Assembly (NCBI GenBank): GCA_030167865.1
Contig: JALAGF010000438.1
Coordinates: forward strand, 62,001-126,000
DNA: 64,000 nucleotides
Direction of reading: 5' to 3'
From: Craspedostauros australis
Lineage: Eukaryota
Every line of letters begins with the position of its first letter. Position 1 is the stretch's first letter. A program made the position numbers and the translations under genes. This document shows, in pieces, positions 34,633 to 46,037 of the stretch. The notes under the pieces were generated by a model. It saw only the letters and a program-made list of their open reading frames with translations, did not search any database and was not told where the DNA came from.

Positions 34633-35477
34633 ATGGTGCGGGACGATTCAGACATGATGGATGTGTTGCTTGCGAACATGGGGAGTGCTGCGGCGTGATT
34701 GCGGTGCGACGGTCCTGGGTTGCGTCATCTCCGGCGCTCGAACGGTGAAGAATGCGATGATCTTCATGTCGGCGATGGAACTGGCGGCAAGACGCGTGCT
34801 CTACGCAGCGATCATCCACACAGCAGAATCGTCAGCATGATCAACGGCATCACTCGCAATGTGTGAAGCTGCGGAAGTCTGGGAGGATGGCTAGTAGGCG
34901 CACGATCCGTGCTTGAGGAGAGGCGGTCGCACTTGAGCTCGTTGTGGTCGCTGAACGTGACAACTGCAACAGTCGAGCAATCAATCAATGCCCCGACCTG
35001 AACATGATGGCTGACACCCATTGTCTCTCGACTTCTCCCATCCCTTTCTTGTACTCCTCAATGATCCACTCGGAAACGCATTGACAACACATACACAACT
35101 CATGATGACAACAGGGAGTCCGAACAAAGACAGTGAAGAAGAGTGCTCGCACAATCGTCGAGAAGTACTACACTCGACTGACTCTTGATTTCCACACCAA
35201 TAAGCGTATCATCGACGATGTCGCCATCCTTCCCTCAAAGCGCATGCGCAACAAGATCGCAGGTTACACAACTCACTTGATGCGCCGAATTGCCAAGGGA
35301 CCAGTCCGCGGTATCTCCCTCAAGCTTCAGGAAGAGGAGCGCGAGCGCAGATTGGACTTCGTCCCAGAGGTCTCCGCCCTTGAGCAGGAAACCATCCAAA
35401 TCGACCCAGACACACGAGATATGCTTGAGACTTTGGGATTCGGCAGCCTTAATGGTGTTGCCGTTAACCAAGCGTAA
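34633..35477 (+). CDS. RPS17: 40S ribosomal protein S17 (eS17), 121 aa
   Basis: Main exon 35115-35477: [31 protein letters not shown]...[35 protein letters not shown]. The ATG is inferred on an upstream exon (aacaATG|gtgcgg at 34633-34635). Confidence 0.93.
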
Positions 35478-35666
35478 ACCAGTGTGTTAGAGAAAGAAAG
35501 TAAACGAAACCAGAAATCTGAATGTAGCTGGCATGCCTTGCCATTGATGATATCATACACGCATTGCGCGGTGGCTACGAATGAGTCGGTGACAAGCAGC
35601 TCGTTGGCAAGAAATAGGCGCCACGACGCAGACTCTATGGATGGTGTATTAGGACGCGTATCCAAT

Positions 35667-38270
35667 TCATACGTGTGGTTGCGCAAAGGATGATCTGACC
35701 ATCAGAATCATGAACTCTGCGCTGAATCTGACACGATGATCTGTGAACGGCACCTGCAACGCAAGCAGCTCATCAGTCCCTCCCATGAGATCTCCATCTT
35801 CGATTGCTTCACCCTGCATTATTCCCACACCACTGATGGCATGAAAGAACTGCCCCAACTGTGTGTAGCCCAACCTCGATAGGATTTGCTCTGCCTGTTC
35901 CAACTGCGGCGACATGATCACCAAGAAGTCTGGCAATGAATGCTGTGCTTCAAGCGCCGGACATGTTCTGGCACTCGCATCACCTCCATCTTCAGATTCG
36001 CAGCTGCTTTCTTGGATACCGTACAGCTCGTGGATAAAGTTGGTAGGATCGTGGTGGAATCGATCGCTCTCGCAGTTGACAGAGGGATTGGATCGACACG
36101 ATGGCGAACAATCCAGCGTCTTCGTGATGAATCGAGCATGTTGCATGTGGAGATGGCTTAGCAATGGCGCTGAATGGCATCCCATGAGATAATCCACCCT
36201 GTACGTACTCAGGCTTGCGCTCGTGCTCGTGCTCATGTCTCTGCTGGTGTTGCGATTGGCTTCTATCGTTGCCTGAACATGCGCGAATCGCAGACTATTT
36301 CCAACAGCATCTGTGATGCTGCGGTTCACATCGATGGGAGCTCGTTGGTGATAACACCCGAGGAATACGACCGCAATGACATTCGCCAATGCAGCCAGCA
36401 GCATCAACCTCCTTCGAGGTCCAAGAAAGCTCTGCACGTGTCTGCCGCACAAGATGCAGATGATGGGAAGCATGGGCAAGATGAAGCGGAATTCCTTGTG
36501 CGGTGAAAGGGAATGCAGAGCGATGTAACACGCAAGGATAATCCAAAGGTTCCTGCGCCCTTGCTGCCAGCTAGCTATCTTCGTCGCATCGAAGGATAGG
36601 AACGGCAGCATCAGCCCAGATATTGCGGGAAGGCCTGCCCACAGGTACCAATGAGTGGGGTGTGAACCATATAGTTCATTCAGGCCTGCGCAAAGAAATG
36701 CGATGCAAATGGAACATGAGATGAGAAGAAGAGAGGCAGGCCAATGATCGGGATGAGAATGCATCGCTTCAACTCTGGCGTGACATGTAGATGTACATGT
36801 ACAGACTCTGTGCCACAACTTGCACATGTCATCGGATACGTCCATCGCATTTACCTTGGAGGACGTTGAAATGAAAGTTTCCCAGCAATGGGAATGCCCA
36901 AAATCCAAACATGAGGCGATCCACGATCGTGGCTGCCGCCAACCCAGCCAATCCAAAGAGTGCGCAGCAAGCAAAAAGGAAGCGGATCGTGGAGTATTGA
37001 TTTCTCGTTTGCAACGCCAGCAAAATGCCCATGGGTATGTATGCTGCCAAGGAGGTGAAGCGAATGGCGGTGCTGATCCCTCCAACAAAGAATGCTGCGG
37101 ATGATCTCAGATCTTTGTTTCGTGATATTGGTGTTGGCTGCGGCAGCGGCGGCCCGTGTGCTTGTTGAAGCGCGATCTGGCCATTTGTTGCACTGCCCAG
37201 CAGTTCCTTTGCATCGTAGGGCAGTGTCGAAGATGGTACGGATCGAAAACACGATGAAGTGGTAAAAGATGGAGAAAGTGTGAGCATGCGCATTTCCACC
37301 GCTAGTTCGGACTGGTCGTCATCACCTCGTGCTGCCGCAGGTACTGCAAACACCCATGTGTCTTCCAAGAGCAAAGGCAATCCGCCTTCAGTTTGGGCCC
37401 CTCCCTGTTTCTGCTGTTGGTCCACTCATAAAGTGTGGTGCGAACACGAATTGCCAAACTCTCGACTACGAATACCTTGATCAGATCACAACGTACCGGT
37501 GCCACCAGCACGATGCTACACGTGAGCAGTGCAGTCTCGAAGCAGTTGCTGTACGTTCGCACCAACGCATATCCATTGAACCATGACCCGACGCTGCAAA
37601 GCAGGCACCACCAAGGAAGAGCAAATTCCGTCTCTCGTTCTTCATCTCCACGTTCCTCTTGTTGCTGTCGCTGCTTCTTCTTTGGCACGAGTGTATCGGC
37701 ACCGTCAACATGAGCTTGCTGGCGATCTTCACTTTTACCAACCCAGTCATTTGGCTTGGCCGTACTCGAAGAATCAATGGCCTCATTCCGATCTGACCTT
37801 ACGAGCTGCCTTGCTATGAACCAAACCCCAATATCGGTCACGGCACTGATGCAGATGGCGTTGACAACCAATGGACCACGCGCGATCATCCATGTCGTGT
37901 CCGCTTTGAACCAACGCGCCAGAACATACAATAGGAACGTCGGCAGTATGGACGAGTAGGATCGCACGGGTCCTTCGAGCGCCGATTGTATCCACATGGC
38001 GGCAGAGAAACTGTCTCCATGTTGCTCGGATCTTCCGGTCCATTCCCACGTCAGACCTTGGCAGGCATTCGATGTGCCATCGTCGTCATTCGTCGTGTTG
38101 GGGTCCTGAAAGACTGCGCAGTACGCCGGTTCCAGATTCTGCCAGTACTCATCAGGATCGAACTGGGTTTGCACCAGTAACGCATTGAAGATCCGGAATA
38201 TGCACAAGAGCAGGTACAGTCGGAAGGGATGCTGGTGAAAATGCAGCAACAGCGTAGACATCACGGCCAT
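35667..38270 (-). CDS. PIGB: GPI mannosyltransferase 3 (PIG-B/Gpi10, GT22), ~714 aa
   Basis: Exons 38270-37497, ~37206-36855 (AAG acceptor less certain) and 36685-35667. Motifs QTQFDPDEYWQNLEPAY, LTWEW, RTYSNCFET, YGSHPTHWY, SPHKEFRF and LMGCHSAP. Confidence 0.9.
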
Positions 38271-38804
38271 TCTCTGCTGTCCCTCTTGTCTCTGGTGGTG
38301 GATGATCGAAAGCGGCGGCAGGGTGTTTTCGGTGACGAAATTGAAGCACTGCCCGATCGCCTGATTGTTCAATGCGTGGAGTCGTCTTGATTGACTTCAC
38401 TTCATCTCATGCGATGCAACGACCTGCCCATGCCCTCCTTTGCCATTCGCAGATGTATGGTATTATACCATATAATACATGCATGCAAGAGTGTGGCAGT
38501 ATGAGGATTGTTGGTGTGAATTGTGGAGACAGATCGTTTTGGGGTTGATGGATTGGTTGTGCACGTTGTTGGATACGATTGAAAATGGGTTTAATAGATC
38601 ATTTATCTCAGCTCCCCAGAATTCTTCCAACCAACACATCCCATCTTCGTTGACCATGTCATCGTCCCCATCTCATCAACAGAAGAAGGGCACTACGCAG
38701 AGCGTTGTGTCAGGACTCCAAGAAGTTCCTGCACTGCGATCATTCCCAAACGTACCATCCGTGGCATCCAACGACGCAACAAGCAACTCCACCATTGACG
38801 TTGA

Positions 38805-38832
38805 CTTTGACTGTGACTTTGACTTTGACTTT
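38805..38832. repeat. (GACTTT)n hexamer microsatellite
   Basis: ctttgactgtgactttgactttgacttt read directly. Confidence 0.7.
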
Positions 38833-39220
38833 GGCGACATTAACTTCGCTCGCAGCTATTTGTCCATCGTTTGCTCCACATCATTCGACCCTCTGATCTG
38901 CCTGTGCACGTTTGAGAGTCTGGTCGAGAGAAAGATCGGCAACTCGTACTCGTGCTCGTACCCCATGGCTCAGCAGCCGAACTCTATTCTTCACATACCG
39001 ATACCACGCATACGAGTACCCGCGCCATACGCAAGGGATGAAAGAGAGGTGAATGCGCACATCGTCACAAGAATACAAGTAGAGCAGAATAGAGCATTCT
39101 TCCGCGCACCTCGAGAACACCTGCTCTACCATACTCCGCATCACTGATGCAAGAGCGCATCATCAAAGGATAGAGACTCCAGTGATCCATCGTGCCATCA
39201 TCACGCTCTGATCGATCAGA

Positions 39221-40661
39221 ATGACAAAGAAGGTGAAATTCAAGGACTTGAAGGAGGAGGCTGCAACGCCCTCCGTCTCATCTGCGGCAGCTACATCCAG
39301 ACCAAGCAACGATGCGACCGTGGAGGAGGCGGATATGCCGGCCTCCCCCATGTGGGAAAATGACGATGGATGGGAGCTGACATGGCCCATTTGGCACATG
39401 CTGCCGCGCGATGAGAAGAAAACCATCGCGCAACGTCATGGATACGGCACCATCGGTGCCTTTGAGGAGGACATGGCGCTGCAACGTGCTCTGGATCAGA
39501 CGGACAGCATCCAGATGCCGGTGGGGCGCCATGCCAAAGCAGATGATGCGACAACCGATGCGGTTATCTCCATCGTCGCCGACAACAAGAAGGATGATGC
39601 GACCAGCGGCGACGACTCCGACAGCGACGATGAACTGAATTCCAGCAAAAGGACAGCCTCCGACGACGGCTCGTTGGAAAGTCAGGAGGAGCTCACGGGC
39701 GAAGAGGCGATCCTGTTGGCGGGCACCATCATGGTATTGCACGAAGAGCTGCTGCATGTCGTCTTCTCTTACCTTCCCGTAGAGATGTACGGCACGCTGG
39801 CGCTCGTGTCGCCGCATTGGAAATACGTGACTCGCACGGAGTCCGTTTACAAGCGCCTCTGCGAACGTCTCTATCTGAATCAGAGCAAGCGCAAACAGCT
39901 GCACGTCTCCCGGTTCGGCAACTCCTACCGCAAGATGTTGGAAATCCGGCCGAGGGTGCGCACGGCCGGCGGATGCTACATCCTCAAGTACGCGCAAGTC
40001 AAGAAGATTCAGCGGGATATGTGGACCGAGGTGAGTGCTTCCTTCTCTCTCCCCCAGAGAAAGAGAGAGAGAGAGTAGGATCAGGCGCTTCATTGGTTAG
40101 CACTCATGGATGCTTTCTAGCTATCCATTTGGTTTCTGCTTGTGCGGTGCTTACTCGTGCATAATCTCAACACAATGCCGCTCCACTCCATACCATATCT
40201 GTGCTCGACTTCCTCTTCCCCCTCCCATACACGGTACCATCGTATTTTCCAATTGCTCTGAGCAGATCCCGGTGGGCGCCATTCTGGAAACTATCTACTA
40301 CAGGTACATGTACTTCCAGGAGGACGGGCGTGTGCTGTACGCCCTGACCCCATCCGCGCCGCACGTGATGATGCCCCGGCTGCTGCGCGTCTGCCTGCAA
40401 CGAGTACGCGATCCTGCGGCCGTGTGGGGCACCTACCAGGTCCAGAAGAACCACCTCACCGTGGTGGCATCACAGGATTGGACGAACGTGAAGTTCGAGC
40501 TCACCATCCAGCAGTTCAGCTCGCATGGCAAGTTCGGAGTGCTGAAGCTGGACCGGCACCTCACCAGCGCGTCGGCGTCCTTCGAGGATTGGAGTCGTGA
40601 TCTCGTGGAGTACAAGGTGCCCGTGGAAGAGTTCAGTTTCATAAGTAGTTCAAGGCTTTGA
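39221..40661 (+). CDS. FBXO9: F-box protein, FBXO9/Hrt3-like, 401 aa
   Basis: Exons 39221-40030 and 40266-40661. F-box LHEELLHVVFSYL...LALVSPHW, followed by YRKMLEIRPRVRTAGGCYI and YYRYMYFQEDGRVL as in the FBXO9/Hrt3 C-terminal domain. Confidence 0.8.
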
Positions 40662-41705
40662 CTTTGATAGTGCGCGTGTACTCATAGAACAGAGCAAATG
40701 GATGGACCCCCATGAAGATGGACACTTTGCTCTGCTGTGCTCTGGAGTATTCATAACACTTGTGCAAATACAAGTACGCAGTGCGCTTGTATACTGTTCT
40801 TGCACTTGGACTTGGAGCCTCTCCAGAGAGTAAAGTTGGGGTGCCTTGAAGAGCCATCGGACATGGCGATACTAGAGAGTGGCTTCAGGATGATGCTTGG
40901 CCACGAAGTATACAGGCACATGGGCTGGTCTCGTTTCGATGCTACGCCTGTTGCCTACCCTGATGCTCGTATTCGTGCCGCTATTCGTGTTCGTGCTCGT
41001 AGCGCATTGAGTGTAGAGATAGTTTGCGGTGAGATGATGACAAAGGGACTATTGTATCGCCCCATCATGTCGCAGACAGAACACAACACAACATCCACGT
41101 ACTCGCACAGGCACTTTTTGCGCTTGTGGTCATTCGTGTGAGTTGTCTTCTTTCAAGTTCCTCAAGGCGAGAGGAGATCAGCGTTCATCATCATCATCAT
41201 CGACCTTCGTCGCTCTTCATCGCCGCTCCTGTCATCGCACTCGTCATTCTCCTCCCTTGGTTCCATCCATTCAAACACAGACATCAATTGCCACATCAAC
41301 GAATCACCTCGGTTGGTTGCCTGGTTGGCTGGTTGGTGAATTGAAACGATAAACGAAGGCAACACCACCATCGCGACAAGCACGCTGAAACCATCATCAG
41401 CATTGCTTCACATTCCACCGGTTGCATTGACCTTCAATTGCTCTGTTCATCACATACGTTCCCTACCCTCATCTACCATTCTCTACCCTCCTCTGTGACG
41501 TTCTACTTCTCCCGAGTCTCCCCAAGTGCACAGCGCAGTGAGAGAAAGACACAGAACGTCAAGGAAGGAATCATCTCAACAGCCGATCATTGTTCATCAA
41601 CGCCCACGCTCGCGTTTACGCTGACGCTGACGCTTTCGTTTATGTCCACGATAGCACAGTCACTACAAGTACAAGCACGACCTATTCTACAACACAGAAA
41701 TAATC

Positions 41706-43738
41706 ATGGAGGTGGGTGCAAGTCAAAAAATCAGACGAATTGGAGCGGTGCGGAATGGCGTGGGGATCAAAGGAAGTGAACTATGTGATCGTATCCATCA
41801 GCGTCCATTGCGTTGCATTCATTCCGAATGAAGATGCCTGAAGCCCAGGTAGTATCCGGACAGAGTGCAGCAGCAGCTTGGCGTGGAGTGTGCCTGTGCC
41901 TGTGCATTCAACCTCCGGACGTCATTTGTTCTCATTCATCTACTCTACTCTATTTTTGCTCCATCTTCATCTCTTTCAATCCCAACACTCTCTCACATTC
42001 GCGTCAATGATGGCATTGGCGCTGACCACACTCATCATATTCATCATGATGCGACAATAATGCAATGGCAACAATTATGACGACGATGACGACGACGAGA
42101 ATGATCTTGATTTGAATCATTCGCACTATGCTACATACTCCGCTTGATATCACGTTATGCCACGTGTTACTCGCACTTTGTCGGCAGGTCAACAAAGGAG
42201 AAGCCGAGCGATGCCGTGACCTGGCGGCCAACTTCATGCGCCAGAAGCAGTACGCAAAGGCAATCAAATTCCTCAATAAATCATTGTCAATGTATCCACT
42301 TCCTGGGGTGGAGGCATTGCTCGCCCAGGCGGAGGGCTTTGCAGCCGAAGGCGATCCCGCCTCCGCCTCGGAACCGACGAATTCCGCATCATCAGCTTCA
42401 AACGGCCACACCAGCTCCCCCAGGCCTTCCACAGCGTCGGCCTCGACAGCAGCATCAGCTCCTGCCGCTGCATCGGGATCAGGGTCGCAATCCCAGCCAT
42501 CCAGTGCGGGGGTGGGCGAGGCCGGTCGGAATTACACGCAGGCGCAGGTGGACATCGTCAAGAAGATCGTCCGGGCAAAGGACACGGGCCGCAACGCGCA
42601 TTACAAAGTATTGGGCGTGGAGCCCACCGCAAACGAAAACGAATTGAAGAAGGCGTACAGAAAACTCGCATTGAAGCTTCATCCGGACAAAAACTCGGCA
42701 CCCGGAGCGGACGAAGCTTTCAAGGCGGTTGGTCTGGCGTACGGAACCCTCTCCGACCCGCAGAAGCGAACCATCTACGATCGCTACGGTGACGAAGATC
42801 CGGACAACAGAGGAGGTGGAGGCATGCGCCCAGGTGGCATGCACTTCCGTCGCGGAGGGCATGGTCAGGACGTCAGTCCGGAGGAGATTTTCAACATGTT
42901 CTTCGGTGGTGGCATGGGCGGCGGTGGTGGCGGTGGTGGCATGCATATGCGCGGTCCCGGCGGCATGCACTTTTACAGCTCTGGTTTCGGCGGTGGCAAT
43001 CCATTTGCGCAGGCGGCCTTTGCGCAGCAGCGGGCACGACAACAGCAACGACAGAGGCAGCAGCAGCAAGCCAGAGGCGCGGGGGAAGATGACGCACCGC
43101 AACCACCGCGATACGCCCAGCTGCTCCAGTTCTTGCCCTTCCTTCTGTTCATCCTGCTCTCCTTCTTTAATTCATCCGATGTGGGAACCGCTGGAGGTGA
43201 AGGCCGATACTTCAGCCTCACGGTAAGTTCATGTGCACAGCCTTGTCCGGTCGTGTTGTGTCGCATCATGTTGCATTGCATTATGTTGTGTTGCACTATG
43301 GTGTGTTGGGCAAGGCTTCCGCCATCAACGCAACAAACTCACGCCTCTTGAACTCTCTCTCTCTCTCTTCAAACATCACATTTGCAACGCGACGTACGAA
43401 TTGGCCCGCAGCCCGTGGACCCGTTCGTCCACTCGTTGCAAACGAAGCTATCCCCAGTCAAGGGCATTCCGTACTACGTCTCGAACAAGTTCATGCGCAC
43501 GTACTACCGCGATCGTTATCAGCTCGGACAGGTGGAACGCATGGTCGAATCCACGTACGAGAAATACTTGGTCAATGAATGCAAGAAGCAGAAATCGTAC
43601 AAGCAGGCGTTGAAGTTGGATGCCACCAAGGCACCCACCGAAGAGGCGAAGCTGAAGGCCAGAAAGCGCGCAGCAGAGTTTGTGCTTGGAAGGTGTGACG
43701 AATTGACGGATCTCTTCCCGAAGACGAAGCAACGGTAG
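41706..43738 (+). CDS. DNAJB12: ER-membrane J-domain co-chaperone DNAJB12/14-like (DUF1977), 455 aa
   Basis: Exons 41706-41711 (ATGGAG|gt), 42188-43222 and 43412-43738. [12 protein letters not shown]-terminus, J domain with [17 protein letters not shown] region with [12 protein letters not shown], a TM segment, and a luminal IPYYVS...VNEC...C domain. Confidence 0.9.
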
Positions 43739-43926
43739 GGCATTGCATTACTCTAGAGAGTGGAGTACTCTTATGCGTACTACGAGTATGGTAGAGTATG
43801 TAGGGCATGAAAGATACCGTCTTACCACTCTATGTTACCATCGCAGTACTCGGAAGTACCTATGGCTAAATTCTCGATGATCCTTGATACTTTCGTGCAA
43901 ACTGCATACGAGTATTGATGCTCTTT

Positions 43927-45379
43927 CTATCCGAGGCCGAAATTGGCGTACTGACGGCTTCCGGCGGATAGCTGGTCCAGCTCCACGACGTTGATCGTGC
44001 AGCACTCCCGCGTCATCAGGATGACCGACGTCGGCACCAGCATGAAGCCCACCATCGTAGCAAAGGCGAAGGACGCGGAACGTATGGCGACGATTTCGGC
44101 ATGCTCGTACATTTCTCGGAGGGATTCGTTGGGATTGTCCAAGGATATGCCGATAGAGATCTGTGGGGGATGCAATTCGAGATGGAGTATGATATGAAGT
44201 ATGCAGTGTTGTGTGCAGTGTGTGGTATGGTTATGTTAGCAACAAGCAAAGGGAGGAAGAGGCGAGGAGGTGAGACTGGCTACGAGTAGAGTAACGATAA
44301 TGATAACGATCACGATGACACAAACTCCAAAGGCATGGCAGTCCTATCGCCAATGCTGCAACTCAGCACGTTGCTTCGCCCTTCACATGCAATGCAATGC
44401 AATGCCAGGCACGGAAACAAACACGAATACCAATGTCAATACCAACATCAATACCAATACCAACATCAGCACTTACGTAGGAAAAGACAATGATCAACGG
44501 CACGACAAAGTCCGGCCCGCCAGGCTTCTCCAGCACAAAGAAGGTGGCCGGCGGCAGCATGACCCCGAGCGCCACGATGTCAGCCGCCAGCTGCGATCCT
44601 GCGCTGGACACGTCTCCCCTCCACAGCAAGGAGAGCTGCACCGCGCAGCACAAGATGAGCCAGCCAAAGTGCATGTAGAAGGGGAACTCGAAGAGCCAAT
44701 ACTCCGACCTCGAACGGCGTCCACCCGCGCGGGTCGAGTGCTGGTTTGCCAAGAGCGACGCCATGGACAGCAGGGCGCCCACGACCGCCACGAAGGAGAG
44801 GACGAACTGGCGGAAGGCGAAGCACAACGTCCAGGCGATCTGAATGAGGCAGGTGTAGAAGAAGAAGTACCCCGTGCCGCACTGGACGATGGGACGTGCC
44901 CTGTAGTGCGGAGTGAGCTGAGCCACGGCGAAGAGGAACTCGGAGGTCAAGATCGGGATCCAGATATACCTCGCCCATTCCGGAGGCGTGACGAGGGTCT
45001 GGTTCTCCTGGCTGATCTCCACCCTGGTGGGAACCAGGCCATCCAATCCCCAGATGCCGATGCCGTAGCTGACGAATGCGTTCACGAGGTAGGTGGCGAC
45101 GTTCAGGTAGTTCAGGCCATTGAGCTTGGCCGGTCGCAGCCTGGTGTGCAGCAGCTGCTCCTGCAACCCCTCCCCGAAGGCGAGTCGTGATCTGGGGACG
45201 TCGAAACCCGAGGATCGAGAGTCGTTGTCACTCGGTTCTTCGCGGAGGCCATTCACCTGCTCTCCGATCACAGGCGACAGGTTCAGGTTCTCGTCATCCA
45301 CCGCGTACTGCAGCGCGGGCCCAACCGGCGACAGCGGCGACGGGATGCTTCGTCTCCTGTTTTGGTTCTGTTCCACCAT
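43927..45379 (-). CDS. Multi-pass membrane protein of the TspO/tryptophan-rich-sensory-like class, function unknown, 378 aa
   Basis: Exons 45379-44477 and 44160-43927. About 8 hydrophobic segments. TLVTPPEWARYIW and FPFYMHFGWL resemble the TPAxWAFxIW and PFSxYxGW motifs of that family. Confidence 0.65.
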
Positions 45380-45410
45380 CTTTCCTTCCTTTGCTCTCGA
45401 TTTGTTGATA

Positions 45411-45449
45411 CGTTGATGCGTTGATGCGTTGATGCGTTGACGCGTTGAT
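45411..45449. repeat. 8-bp tandem repeat (CGTTGATG) x~5 in a 5' UTR
   Basis: cgttgatgcgttgatgcgttgatgcgttgacgcgttgat read directly. Confidence 0.85.
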
Positions 45450-46037
45450 TCCAACTGATGTCCTCTGGTGGCTATTGACCGTCCTTTCGATTCTGATTGT
45501 GAGCAGAGTGGCTGCATTTATCGCCACTTCGTTCTTCTCCTGTTTCCCTGATTCTTGTCTCGTGTCACATAGAGTGGTTCTGTGTTGTTCTCTTGTTGCT
45601 CGTATCCTTGGCCAAACAAAATCCTGTCGTGGAAGAGAGAACATGCTGTCGTTTGGAGGTGCGGTAGTTTAATAATTAAAATATCTAATTGAGTTGGTCG
45701 GCCATGCGATCCTTGCCTTTACGGTCAACACCGATTCCAACGGACACCTCACAAACGGGTTTGGTGCATGACCGTGGAAAAGTGCAATGTTGGTCCATCT
45801 AGTCGAATCCAACTAGCGCAAAACAAGGCGAATCTTCCAAACGACACCCGACGCTACGAGCAAAGAGATAGAATCAGAACCTGTGGTTGCTCGAAGAGCA
45901 AGTATCACGCGTAGAGCAAACTTGATTGTTTACTATTGGGGAGCACAATACCATTACATAATAGAATAATACTTTTTGTGTATGGCACCACACCACACTG
46001 TCCCTCAACTATGTGCTGCTGTCGAGTTACGCAGTGT

